64,000 bases of DNA from Octopus sinensis (lineage: Eukaryota), in contig NC_042999.1 of the NCBI RefSeq assembly GCF_006345805.1, positions 128,340,001 to 128,404,000 of the forward strand, written 5' to 3'. The notes beneath the pieces were generated by a model that was not told the DNA's origin, made no database searches, and saw only the letters and a list, made by a program, of their open reading frames with translations. Of the stretch, positions 11,553 to 25,697 are shown piece by piece. Both the position numbers and the translations under genes were made by a program. Position 1 is the first letter of the stretch. Each line of letters opens with the position of its first letter.

Positions 11553-11962
11553 TTCTAATAAAAAATCAAGGGCCTGAAATTTTGGGGGTGGGGATAAGTC
11601 AATTATATCGATCCCAGTGTTTCACTGGTACTTAATTCATCTGCCGTGAAAGGATGAAAGGCAAAGTCAACCTCAACAGAATCTGAACTCAGAACGTTAA
11701 GATAGACGAAATGCCACAAAGCATTTTGTTTGGTGTGCAAACAATTCTTTTCTACTCTAGGCACAAGGTCTGAAATCTTTGGGGAGGGGGCCAGTCGATT
11801 AGATTGACCCCAGTATGGAACTGGTACTTAATTTAACGACCCCGAAAGAATGAAAGGCAAAGTCAACCTCAGTGGAATTTGAACTCAGAAGGTAAAGACA
11901 GACGAAATACCACTAAGCATTTCCCCCAGCATGCTAATGTTTCTGCCAGCTCACCACCTTCT
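11553..11962 (-). mobile_element. Two tandem family B SINEs
   Basis: Two reverse-complement copies (~11553-11745 and ~11747-11962) of the element at 8767-8984. Confidence 0.85.
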
Positions 11963-12949
11963 GCTAATCTATAAAATCATTCTGTCATAACAACTTTAAT
12001 TAACTACAAAATGACATTGAAAATATTATTGAAATTTTTCAAATAACTGTTTCTAAATTTGGCATAAAGCCAGAATTTTTTTTTTTTGTGGGGAGAGGTA
12101 CAGTTAGTTATATCAACTGCATCCTTCTCTAGTACCAGTCATGTGTTAAGGTGCTTTATCTTATTATTCCTAGTAGAATGAAAGTTTGAGTGTTATGCAT
12201 TAGACAAACTTAACTATGGAATAGAATCAAAGGTATAATTGAAATCTTTAGAATAATGAAACACGTGTTAAATAACCTTAGCTATGGAAGAAAATCAGAG
12301 ACATAATTGGTATCATTAACATAATAAAACGATGTTATGAAGATTTATAAATTTTTGCATCAAAATAGAAATGAGAGTGTTTGCAAATGTGGTATTTCCA
12401 TGGGGCCCCTGTTGGTAATATTCAATTAATTTAATCGATTTAATTAGTTTAAAATAGATAATATGAATGCAATATAAAAAAATAAGCAAAGGAGGAGGAG
12501 AGGGAGGAGGAGGAGGGAGAAGAAGAAGAAGAAGAATGAATGAATGAATGAATGAATGTATGAGAGGGAGAGAGAAAGAAATAGCGGAAGAATGAAAAGT
12601 AGAAGTACTAGGATGAGGAGGAAGAAGAAGACAAAGAAAAGATGAAAATATGACAATATTAATGAGGACATTAGCAACAATATCAATCACATCAGTGATG
12701 ATGCTATTTAAAAAAAGCAAAAAAATGTATTTTTCTTTTAAATATCTCCTTGTATGAGTAACATGAAAATTGAATTTCCATTGTGCCAACTATACACCCA
12801 CGCTTTTCGTACATAATCAGCAAAGACATCAGACCAAGTTTTTGTATTTCAGGACCATCCATACCCAACACCTCAACCATAATTGAACACCTACATCAGT
12901 TTTCTCTGCACCCACCTCCTTGGCCATTAAAACACACACACACTCTCTT

Positions 12950-12983
<34 letters not shown>

Positions 12984-14196
12984 TTCAGATTTACAGCAGC
13001 TTCTATTAATGAATAAGCAGGTTCTACATCACAAGACCCATCCATAAGCTTACAGACACATTTTGCTACCACTACCACCATCATCACCACCACAACCATT
13101 ATCAGCACCACCAACTTCACCAACATTGCAGCCTACTTGTGATGTCGGCTTAAGCATTAAATGTAGTATATTCCTTTACAAGGTGAAAAATTATGCATTG
13201 CTACTACAGCTAAAGCAAACTACACAACGTAAAGAACTGCTATGAATTCATTCATTAGTTTGTTTTTTTTTCGTTTTTCATTTATGCATGACAATAGGAA
13301 GAACATTTTTCTGCTGTTACTCCTATACAAATATCCACATATATATATATATGAGAGAGTGTTTATATATGTATTCATACGCAATATATGTGTATGCATG
13401 TGTGTGCATATATATAACATATATATGTATATATTTTACACGCACACATATATACATACACACACTCGCACGCACATACACACATATTTATATCTCACTT
13501 AGGCATTGTGGTACTATATATATATATATATACACATACACACACACACATATATATACATATATATATAGAGAGAGAGAGAGAGGGAAAGAGAGAGAGC
13601 GACAAACAGACAAAAATATGAAAATAAAAATGTAGAACATGCATATACACATACATCTTTCTATATATACATGCATTCAAGCAAACATGTATATGTACAT
13701 GTATACATATACACATATATACATACATCCATACATACGCAGATATATATATATATATATGTATATTCATATATTAATGATTCCATGCTATTGAGTACAT
13801 CAGTCTATTTACACCATGCTACTTTGTGTCTTTGGATGATTTTTGTGACATGTTTGATGTGGTGTTAACCCCTAGCTCAACCTTCATCTATTTCTAAAGG
13901 AAACGGAAATTGTGGTTGGCTTCCCACAACACTCTTACAAAAAGAAAGTGAGAGAGAGAGACAGAGAGAGAAAATGAGAAACAGAAACAGAAGAGAATCT
14001 ATCCCTATAGCTGACTAGTATTCTGTTTATTAATTCTGGAAGGATGAACAGACAGAATTTGGACCCAAGGCACAAAGTGGTGAAATAATTGCAACAAAAT
14101 ATTTACCCATCAGTCTATTGATTCTGTAAATTGACCTGCACTCCCTTCTGTCTGTCTCTCTCTCTCTTTATATAAATATATATATATATATATATA

Positions 14197-14239
<43 letters not shown>

Positions 14240-14829
14240 TCTGCTCCTCTTCTATCATGATTTCATTCTCTAGTCTACAGCCTGTTCATTTGAGGGGTCT
14301 TATCATTTAGGTACTTGGTGACCTCACTGGTACTAGTGCAACGTAAAAAGTACTCTGTGCACTCTGTTAAGTGGTTGGCACTAGGAATGGCATCCAGTTG
14401 TAGAGACCATACCAAAGCAGACATAGGACCTGGAGAAGCCCTCTGGCTCATATGTTCTTGTCAAACCGTCCAACCCATGTCAGTACAGAAATGGGGATGT
14501 TAGATGTTGATGATGATGCTGATGATGATGATGATGACGACGACAACAATAACGATGAAATATATATGAGGTCTGCATCGTACTCTATTGTCTATTTTGG
14601 TATGGTTTCTATGGCTGGAAGTCCTTCCTAACTCCAATGTGTACTGGCTACATTTACTATGCTACTAGCATTAGTGAGGTTGTCATGTGTCTTACCAGAC
14701 AATGAACCCCAAGAGAAGTGGCTTTATGCTAGGAAACGAGGGGTTTAAATTATGAGAACAGGAGTTAGAGCTGAACTGGTTTCTTACTGTTGAGGAGCTA
14801 TATGCTTGCTTTATATTCTTGCTTCATGA

Positions 14830-15112
14830 GCCTGGGGTCATCCCAGACTAGTGGTCTCAGAGACGTCATCATGCATAGAGCTGCCCAGGTCCACTAGTGC
14901 TCACCATCACCAGCGGGTCCTGTGCCAGCCCCTCTGCATCCTCTAATGTGACATCAACTATATGGAGATCTTCCCCAATCACATTTATCCATCTGGTGTG
15001 AGGCCTACCATGAAGCCTCTTCCTCTTACAACCCACAGCTGCTGTGTTGAATGAGAGTAAAGTCATGGTAGGAGGATCTGCTGGGAGATGGAGGACATGT
15101 TATCATCATCAT

Positions 15113-15143
<31 letters not shown>

Positions 15144-15410
15144 ATCATTTAACATCCCCATTTCTGCACTGGCATAGGTTAGATGGTCTGACAAGAACAG
15201 ATGATCCAGAGGGCTTCTCGAGGTCTTATGTCTGCTTTGGTATGGTTTATACAGCTGGGAAGCACCACTGCTCTATCTCCCAGAAGACAAAACTTCATAT
15301 CAACAATGTATTGGCCCTCTCCATTCTCTTTTCAAAGACACTGGCAAAGAGGATCAAAGTCTTTGATAGTAGAGCCCTGAACACCATCAAGAACATCAGG
15401 AGCTACATGG
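14830..15410. mobile_element. RTE LINE fragments in opposite orientation, with an intervening RTE 3' stub
   Basis: Minus strand 14830-15090: KRKRLHGRPHTRWINVIGEDL..LEDAEGLAQD. Plus strand 15263-15410: ISQKTKLHINNVLALSILF..RIKVFDSRALNTI. (CAT)n-tailed stub at 15100-15257. Confidence 0.65.
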
Positions 15411-16212
15411 CTACTCATATTTTAGAAAGAGAAAAGAGAGAATGGGTGGAGCAGGGAAGTGGTAAAAATTGTGGTGTGAACCCTCTTGGTATATGCTGAT
15501 CGGAAGTGAAAGGAGTAGAAGAACTGGGTATGTAGATGGGTAGAGGTTGCAAGAGTGCATGGGAGAATGAGAGATAGAGAATGGTTGAGGGGGTGAAAAC
15601 AATAAATGATGAACAAATGTTGAGTAGGGAGTGTAGAAAATGTAGGTGATAACTGTAGAGATAGGATAGGACTGAGAGGTAGATGTAGTGAATGATGGAT
15701 AAGAGGTAGGGATGACCCATGATGCCTGGGGAGGAATATTAGCAGAATAATAAAGATGATGTAATAAACAGAGGAAGGATGAGAGAGAGAGAGAGAGGAA
15801 GAGGGAGAGGATGAGGGTTGCAAGAATATATGGAATTAGAGAGGCAGGCATAGTGCATGGCAAGAGTAAGAGACATATATGGTGGTGGAAAATTTTGAGG
15901 TAATTTAGTATATTGGGAGGAGGAGGTCAATATAAAGTGTAGGAAAAGTGGAGGACAGTATTATGGAAGAGGAATATGCATCAAATGAGATGGTTTCACG
16001 CAGTGAGAAGGATTAGTGATACCAAGGAAAAGCTGCAGTTAGAGAGATGAAGGGTGCTGGAGGTTGTCTCGTGGCAGGAAACTTGCCAAGGGACCAATGA
16101 ATATATGTACACATACGCACAGTACCTCCAGAATTTAGTTTTGTAGAGTTGTGTAGGTTTTCTAAAAGAACTGCATATTACTAGTCATTCCGGTCCCTTA
16201 CCATCACCTCCA

Positions 16213-16268
<56 letters not shown>

Positions 16269-16287
16269 ATTTGTGTGTGTGTGTGTA

Positions 16288-16321
<34 letters not shown>

Positions 16322-16584
16322 CGTAAGATCAGCCGTGATGGATATATAATACTATATATTTTTGGATAATATTACACACACACACAAACGCGCACACACA
16401 CACATACATGTATGTTTGTATGTATGCATGTGCATATGTATGTGTGTATGTATATATGTATATATGTATATATGTATAATTGTTAAAGAGGACAACAAAC
16501 TTTAAGGCAAGGCAAACATCTCAAGTCAGATACATTATTACCCCAATACTTTGTATGTTCATATGTATATATATATATATATCA

Positions 16585-16615
<31 letters not shown>

Positions 16616-17188
16616 CGTGTGTGTATACACTATAATGTATACTACACACACATGTACATGCACATGTAAACACAGGTACAATCTAGAGTAATAAAACACC
16701 CACACATTTCCATTGCACACATACATAATTTTTCAGAAATTTTACTTAGCCAAAACCAATTCACATTGACATCCATTTAAGCTAGTGAAGGTCATATCTC
16801 TATCTATACAACATGGGAAAGATTCCACCAATATAGCTACTGTATTCTATATCATGATTGTATTTTATAAGTGTATATCATTTACACTTTATATATATGC
16901 ATATACACATATACCTACACATAAAATCTATCCGCATGTGCGTGTGTATGTGTAGTTATATGCATATACATTCATATACCTGTATACATGTATATATCCT
17001 TTCTACTATAGCACAAGACCTGCATTTTAGGGAGGATGCTAGTTACTTACATATTTCATCAACCCCATGAGGATGAAAAGGTAAAGTTGATCTTGGTGAA
17101 ATTTGAACTCCGAACATAAAAACAGATGAAATGCTGCCATTTTCTTCAGTATGCTAACCGACTCTGCCAGCTCACCACCACATCATAT

Positions 17189-17189
<1 letters not shown>

Positions 17190-17224
<35 letters not shown>

Positions 17225-17457
17225 GCTGGTATGGGTTGAATGGTTTGACCAGAGCTGGAAAGTTGGAAGGCTGCACCAGACTCCAGTCTGATTTAGTATG
17301 GTTTCTATAGCTGAATGCCCTTTCTAATGCCAACCACTCCAAGAGTGTAACGGGTGTTTTTATCTGACACCAGCATGGGTGCCATTTGCATGACACCAGT
17401 ATCAGCCATGACTGTGATTTTACTTGACTTCATGGGTTTACTTCTCAAGCACAGCAT
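17190..17457 (-). mobile_element. RTE LINE 3' end reaching back to the last codons of the ORF
   Basis: Minus strand tatgctgtgcttgagaag..aagtaaaatc matches the RTE ORF end at 38761-38795 and continues to the (GAT)n tail. Confidence 0.8.
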
Positions 17458-17724
17458 ATATATATATATATATATATATATGGAGGTTGTGGGAGGTAAT
17501 GGTGTCAGTAAGACCCAAAGGTGTCAGGTAATGCTGAGTAGGTGCTTTGGATAGACCATAGTTAAGCTCCAGGTTTGGTGATTATGCTTAACCATCTTCT
17601 CACACTGTCTGGTTTAAAAAGCTACATAAGATGCCATGATATTTTAAGGTATAAGTGCAAGAAGTAGTCGGACTCTGCATAAGGAGTAGTCAAACACCAT
17701 GTATATATGTATGTGTATGTGTAT

Positions 17725-17915
17725 ATATGTGTCCGTTGGCTATGTTGAGGCCCAAATATTCTCAAGTTTTATTGGTCCCACTCCTGAACCATACGATCAT
17801 TATATTGACAACTGTATCAGTGCGACCTCACTCTCCTGTGAACATCTAGACTCCTTGCTCTCTTTTGTCAAATCTTTCCATCCTGCCCTCCACTTTTCCT
17901 GCACTTTTTCCAACA
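17725..17915 (+). pseudogene. Penelope-like element reverse transcriptase fragment
   Basis: VGYVEAQIFSSFIGPTPEPYDHYIDNCISATSLSCEHLDSLLSFVKSFHPALHFS resembles the PLE RT region MGY.E......RYIDD.....L..F....N.FHP.L.FT. Confidence 0.75.
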
Positions 17916-18282
17916 CTATTTCATCCCATATCTTCTTGGGTCACCTTCTGCAAATTCCATCTATATTAAGTGATAAGCACTTCTTTATATAGTTGTCTTC
18001 ATCCATATGCATCACATATCCATATAGGTGCAGTCTTCTTCACTGCATACTATATGTGATTCCTTTTATGCCTAGTTTTTCTTGCAGCACATTTATCCTA
18101 CGTTATTCATGCACACTTATATTGCACATCCAGATGACTCCTTTTCTGCATATTGAACAAGGCCATTCCCCTGCAGATATCAGGGCACTGTCTTCTTTCC
18201 TACTTACTAAAACCTTCATCTTTGCTAGGTTTATCTAAAATCTCTTGTGGTAGCAGGACAAACACGGACACAGACACACACA

Positions 18283-18351
<69 letters not shown>

Positions 18352-18569
18352 CATTGTTCAGTTATATTTCAAGATTTCTTGACAAGAGAGAAAGAGCTGG
18401 TTTCTAACCTAGATCCAAGGTTAGAAATTCATTTGATTTCAACATCAACAACAGGGTATTTTTATTTGTATGTATGTATGTATGTATGTGTGTGTGCAGA
18501 TTTGTATGTTCTGCTTTATGTATGTATTCTCATGCATATAGTTACATATCTAGACATGCTCATATATAT

Positions 18570-19030
18570 TTAAATGATAAACTTCTGGAAAGTTTTACAG
18601 ACTTTTACAGTTCCAGTGATGGATTGGATTTATAATCTTTGAATTAGCTTTCTCCTTTCTGGTTTTGAGAAGCCTAATTTATCAAGATTGGTATTTAGGC
18701 AGTGTGTTACATATCTCAGGGCCTCAATAATTACAAGTATAAACCTGATCTTGTAATCTGGATAGAGTAACTGCAGATTTGTCAATAGTTCAGAGTAGGT
18801 ATTCTCTTTTTCATTGATCTTCAGCTTTATGTTAACATCAACGGGGCAGCTAATTTCCACAATTGTATGCAGTTTCTCTTCTCTATCCCAAATCATTATA
18901 TCAGGTCTGTTGTGCTTACATTTTGTTGAGGTCTTTTATTGGTTGCATTTCTTCATAGATAATCTTAAAAGACTTAGATTATGCTTAGATATTGTTAGAT
19001 ATTGGTGTCTAGTTTCAGGAGCTTCTGTGC
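18570..19030 (-). mobile_element. RLE-type (R2/R4 group) LINE 3' fragment
   Basis: KHNRPDIMIWDREEKLHTIVEISCPVDVNIKLKINEKENTYSELL..IRFILVIIEAL: PD-(D/E)xK endonuclease region. Confidence 0.8.
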
Positions 19031-21914
19031 CATATATATATATATATATATATATCATCATAATCATCATCATCATCATGATAATTGTTCTGATAATTTC
19101 CCATTTGGAAACCTGTTGAAATTAAAATCTCAAACTTTGGCCTATACCAAGAGATGAATAAAACAACTGAAAATTACTATATCACAATAATTTTCTCTAC
19201 AAGAGTTTTCTAATCTATATGGTAAAAACTGATTAGACTGAAAAAGTTGATCTTCAGTATTAATATCTGTGAGCCAATGAACATCTCTGTGTAGCAAAGG
19301 TTGGTAGGAAGGGTTCATTACAACAGTTAGAGTTTGATTGAGTGGGTTGAGACATAGTATGTATGCGTAGTAAATGGAAGAGAACTAGGTATGTTGAGTG
19401 AGCTTAAATGAATGTCCTATGTCAGAATATATTAGAGATTTTAGTTCTATGTTGTATGGTACAGCTTAGAAATGATGTACAAAAACATGAGAGATTTTCT
19501 CTTAACAAGATCATTTAGAGTTGTGGCAAATTGAAACTAATTAGGTTGTGATGTTAACTCCTTTTTTACTAAAAGATTATCTGATTCAGGTGTGGCTGTG
19601 TCATAAAGCTTGCTTCCCAACCACATGGTTCTGGGTTAGGTGTTTGTGTCTTTGTGTCTGTATTTGTCCCCCACTACCGCTTGACAACTGGTATTGGTGT
19701 GTTTATATCCCTTTAACGTAGGGGTTCAGCAAAAGAGATCAATAGAATAAGTTCCAGGCCTATAAAAAAATAATCACTGGGGTAGATTCATTCAACTAAA
19801 AATTCTTCAAGGTGGTGCCCCAGCATGACCACTGTCTAATGACCGAAACAGGTAAAAATTAAAAAAGGTAAAAGGAGTCAATCAACTCTTTAAAACTAGG
19901 AATCAAATGAGTTGATTGATTCTATACTAAAGAAATGTCTACATCATCCATTTCAGATGTATAGTGATCAAAACTAAAAAAGAAGCAAACTATAACTATA
20001 ACTAAGAAATTCTTCTTAGCCTGCAGTTTGAGAAGTTCAAATTGCTTATCAAATAGTGAAACATAATGTTGAAGAAATGTAGGATGATAGTAATTCCAGA
20101 CTATCTTTATTCAAAATTAATTATTAAAAAAAAAGTTATTTGAAATAGATATCATTTGTGTACTTGATTTTGAATTTTATCATTTTCGTTTTAAAAAAAT
20201 AAAAAAAATTAGAATAATTAACATTACATATAATTGTCCTTTTGAATAATTTCCATTCGAATAAATGTTTTTTGAAAAATTGTTTTCAAACAATTATTTT
20301 TTAACAATCTTCACATAATCTGGTATACAGTCTGTAGATGTGCTATGCTTTCAAAAACATGACCTGTCATCAATGAACAGTCACATATCAGGAGACCAAC
20401 ATGAGATGCTTATATACATGCATTTTTTTTTCAAAGGTGGGCTTATCTACTGTTGGACCAAAATCCATTAGGGGTGAATGTACAAGGATGGACCTGCTGT
20501 GGATTAAATTTTTCTTAACAAAATTATGTACAAGATTTGTCAGAAAAAAAAATTAAAAACAAAATCAGGGCCTGGTAGTTGTCTGAGGTTTTATTATCGA
20601 AAAGCTATCAAACTTGCTATAGGAATGTCTGCAATGAGAAAATGGTAATGCTCAAAATGAAGTTGATGACCACTTTCACACACACATGCTTATTCACACA
20701 TACACACACATATGCAGACACACTTTCTCTCTTTCTCACACACACACACACACATGGACATATTGTAATGATTACCATCACCATTTTATGTCTGTTTTAT
20801 TGAGGTTTGCATGGGTTGGACAGGTTTTATCATTCATTGCTGTCTATTATCATCTGACACACAGAGCAACAGAGGAAAACTGATCAATTTAGTTGTGAAC
20901 ACTTTTCAGTGTGGAATGGATGCATTTTATTGTGCTTGCAGCATTAGAGAGATTATCCCAAGTGGGAAAACTAAAGAACCACCTATTCTCCATGCTAGTT
21001 CTTATTTAAAGTTTCAAACTTTATGTGATTTGATTTTGATTTGATTTTGATTTAATTTTGTATGAAAAGATTGATTATTATTAATTAGTTAAATTAAATA
21101 GTATAAATATAAAGTTGGAAGAAATATGTGAACAATTCAGGACTATTTTATAAAAGATTAACTTCTACTTTATAATTATTGCAGAATACTGTGATGGGTT
21201 TATTAATTTTCTCTTAACATTTGTTGACTTCATGTCTTATGTAGTGGCTTGTAGCTGCACATTACATTGTGTAACATGATTTTTGTCCTGTTATTTCCTA
21301 TTTGCTTACCTGTACAAAGTATGAAAAATGACTAATATTTCCTTGAAACTTTGCTTTTATTACATTTATTCCAATCCCAAAGAATCCTTCTCAACATATG
21401 GCTATGATGCTCCCCGACTACTCCTACTCGTGGGACATGCTCTAGTGGTTAAGGTCAAGCAACTGACAAGCAAATCCAAGGTATTCAGCAGAATATTTGC
21501 TTTTATGATATTTCTACTTCAGCAACACAAAGCTGAATCTGTCTAAAATGTAACAGAAAATAGGTCATGATGTCTAGGTCACAAAAGCAAAGTTTGAAAT
21601 GTCACTCATTGACCAAAGACAAAACAAATTATTATTTTGTTACACAGTACTATTAGCAGTTGCTATTTTTGTCAGAGTGAAAAGGGGAAAGGTATTTTCA
21701 GTTGCATGAAGCATGAAGCACCAAATAAAGTCCATGCATTGTTCATTCATTACAGTTTCAGACAGAGTTTCTACACCTGCATGCCTTTCCTATCTTTAAT
21801 AAGTTTACAGAATGTACTCTAGTGTTGATGGCATTTTCTTAAACCATCAACACTTGAGAGGTTGTTCTATGTTAGAAGAGTAACAAGTCCTATTGACCCA
21901 ACTGACTATGTTAT

Positions 21915-22150
21915 GGAGGTGAGTGGCTTAGTGGTTACAATGTTGGACTCATGATTGTAAGATTGTGGTTTTGATTCCTGGACCAGGCAATGCATTGTGT
22001 TCTTGAGCAAAACACTTCATTTCATGTTGCTGGCAAAAAGGAGTTATCCTGTGATGGACTGGCATCCCAACCAGGTGGAGAATTTATATGCCATGAAACC
22101 AGGAGACTGGCACTTATCAGTCAGAATATCTCATCAAAGTAACTTTACCT
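21915..22150 (+). mobile_element. SINE family C (tRNA head, Meta/V-like core)
   Basis: ggaggtgagtggcttagtggtta..ttgattcctggaccaggc..tgtgttcttgagcaaaacacttcatttcatgttgct..gtgatggactggcatcc. Confidence 0.75.
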
Positions 22151-22324
22151 TTACTTTTAACTATGTACATGCATATGCATTATCATCATCATCATCAGCA
22201 GCAGCAGCAACAGTTACAGCAACACATGTATTTTATACACTTACACACCAACAAAAATTACCGTCCTATATATAGTTACATATACAATCTTATATATAAT
22301 TGCATTTACAATCCTATGGGTAGT

Positions 22325-22677
22325 CACATAGATCTCAGGATGCTGAACCTTTCAGACGAGATGATAAAGGACCAAGGTACCTGCCACCTTGCTGTACTCA
22401 AGAAGACCTGTCTTCCACAGTGGAAGTGATAAAGCAACTTCCCCTGGTGAAGAGAATTGGCCTGCGAGAGTCTTGTGCCGGTGCCATGTAAAAGAATTCA
22501 TGTGGGTGCCATGTTAAAAGCATCCAACACACTCTCTGTGAAGTGGTTAGCATTAGGAAGGGCATTCAGCTGTTGAAACAAGGCCAAATCAGATTGGAAC
22601 CTGGTGCAGCTCTCCAGCTTGCCAGCTCAGGTGAAACTGTCCAATACATGCTAACATGGAAAACAAATGTGAAAGGG

Positions 22678-22707
<30 letters not shown>
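22325..22707 (+). mobile_element. RTE LINE 3' end: ORF terminus, 3' UTR and (GAT)n tail
   Basis: DLRMLNLSDEMIKDQGTCHLAVLKKT aligns with DLRTLSLTEAMASDRDLW*YA at ~56600-56660 and continues into the common terminal sequence. Confidence 0.75.
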
Positions 22708-22708
<1 letters not shown>

Positions 22709-22941
22709 ATTCACTAATTGATACACACATGTTTTCACATTCACACACAAAAAATCAAAAATTACATACATGTGCTACTATACACACACATGCACACATG
22801 CAAAGCTACACACACACATGCACACAATTATATAGACATATACTATGTAATCTCATGCACATTTACTATCTTACATAAAACAAAACAGAGGCAGATATAT
22901 GTGTGTCTGTTTGTGTGTTTTTGTGTGTGTGTTCGTGTGTA

Positions 22942-23732
22942 TAGGGTGTGGTGAATAAACTGTCATCTAAATTATGCAAAAATGAAAATAACACTTGACA
23001 TCTCATTTTAACAGATATATTTACCAAAATTACATTAAAATATCTTGAAATACTAAAGGGTTAATATATTCAATAAAACCGCCATAGGCTTCAACCATGG
23101 CCTCCAGACAACTTTGGAATCTCCTGAAACTCTTCTAGACAGTCTCCTTGTTTAAGTCGGTGAATGCAGCCATAATCCTTGCCTTCATTTCGTCTTTGGT
23201 GTTACAAGAAGTTTTGCTGGTCTTTTGCTCAACTGCACCCAACAAGTGATAATCAAGTCGCAGTGTGGGGAGTTAAGTGGTCAGATGTTAGGGATGATGT
23301 GGTCTGATGGTCTTTCAGCAGCCATCCTTTTGACCCAGGGTAGCACTACCTCCTCCAGGCACTTGATGTAGGCCTGTGTGTTGAGTCTGAGGTTAAATGG
23401 GAAGATGAATGGAGGCATAACATCGCCATCACTAGCGATCACTCTGAACACCATGATGTTGACTGGATGTTTGATTTTTATCACACTCGGCACATGTCCT
23501 CCCAAACATTATGAGATGTTCATATTGGAGCTTCCAGCATGAATACCAAGTAGTACAACATGTCATTTCCAAATTCATGACAGAGTGAATTGCATCATGG
23601 GGCTGTTTTTCTCACAGACAGTGCCCAACTGACTCTACTGTACTGTGGAGTTGATAAAATCAAAAACAAACAAAGCACATACATGAAATTAAAAACATAA
23701 AATGGTGACAATTTGCCCATCACACCACCCTA
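22942..23732 (-). mobile_element. Internally deleted Tc1/mariner-superfamily (maT/DD37D-like) DNA transposon
   Basis: Imperfect TIRs tagggtgtggtgaataaactgtcatc / ggtgacaatttgcccatcacaccacccta flanked by TA. Transposase remnant KHPVNIMVFRVIASDGDVMPPFIF..AYIKCLEEVVLPWV..*PLNSP. Confidence 0.85.
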
Positions 23733-23959
23733 TATATATATATATATATAAATAAATATGTTTGCTATTTTATAATGATTGCAGGGTATCCTTATATATT
23801 ACTATATTTTATATCTTATATCTTATATGTAAAGCATAATATGTTATATGTATGTATATTATTGTAATTATCAGTTTAGTAAATAAATAAATAAGTTAAC
23901 ATGATATAATGTCTAAAAGTTGATGAACCACCTATTGATCCCCTCCATTTTCTTATTGC

Positions 23960-24045
<86 letters not shown>

Positions 24046-24719
24046 ATGTATGAATATATATATATATAAAGTAAAACCTAAAAAGTAAAAAAGTAAAAGA
24101 GTCAAAGGGAAGAGTAAGTACAGTTAGGCAGCTTTTTAATCGCTACATATATATGCATGCACACACATATATACATAAAATCAAAAACATATTCACAAAC
24201 AGAGACACAAGTATGCACACACATACTCACACATACACACACATACACACATATACACACATACTTACATATACACACACATGCATATACATACACAGAA
24301 ATTCACATTTTATGGCTTGCACATGTATACAGACTGAAGTATACATATAAATGTATGTTCTTGCATGTATACACACTCATATAGATGCACTCACATAGCG
24401 GCACATGTGCACACACACGTACACACAGAACACACACACACACACACATGTATGCACACTGGGACATACATACACATGGTTTAAGACACATAGACAGGCA
24501 TGCACACACAAACAGAAACTTCACATAGTGGCAAATGAATACACACACAGCTATATGCATTTAAATGTACACAGATATATATATATATACACTCACACAG
24601 GTATAGCATCCAACAGATACACACTAGTATATACATATACACAAGTACACATACATGCATACACACACACACACATGTATATATATATATATACACATGC
24701 ACGCACGCGCACACACACA

Positions 24720-24777
<58 letters not shown>

Positions 24778-25126
24778 AAGATACTCAGCCTTCAGCATTG
24801 ATTGAAGTGGGTTTCTTGTTATTTTTAGCACCATAATTTGCCCAGTTAGCCATCCATATAGTTCGATGGCATCACGTACACATTGAAAGATAGTGGGAAA
24901 CTGACAAGTGATAAAGCATTATTGAAGAAGATGCTTACAATTGATTTGCTTCATCCAACCCTTTCCCCGCTCCCGACTTACACTCAGTCTTCTCTCATAT
25001 TTCTTCTCTTATTTGTCACTCCCACTTGACCTGTACCTCACTCTTTTTCTGACCTTGTCCTTTCTCTTTCACTTGGGGAACACATCTGCCTTTCTTTCTC
25101 CATTCACATTTCTCATATTTTCAGTT

Positions 25127-25195
<69 letters not shown>

Positions 25196-25623
25196 ATCTA
25201 TCTATCTATATCTATCTGTATCTATCTATCTATCTATCTATATCTATCTATCTATCTATCTATATTTATCTATCTATATATATATATATCTATCTATATA
25301 TATATATCTATCTGTCTATCTATCTATCTTTCTAATTTCTTCTGCTGTTGTCTGACTCTCTCTCTTTCTCTCTCTCTTTCTCCATCTCTCTGCATACATA
25401 TAAACATATATACTTACACAGATACAAATCATGCATGTATGCATGCATGTGTGCATGTGTATGTCTGTGAGTGTGTGTGTGTGTGTGTATGTGTGTTACA
25501 TATACATTTATCATTGCTTTCTTTTTTCACATCCATTTTCACTGTTTCTTTCCTTCTATCTTCCTCTCTATCTTTTTGTCTGCAATGTATACTTTTTTCT
25601 TTAATCACATATTCGTGTTCTTA

Positions 25624-25697
<74 letters not shown>

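Noticed and set aside
24941-25624. Longest ORF in the track (227 aa) and similar YIYI/LSIY/THTH/CVCV ORFs
   Set aside because: These are stop-free microsatellite translations with no domain content.
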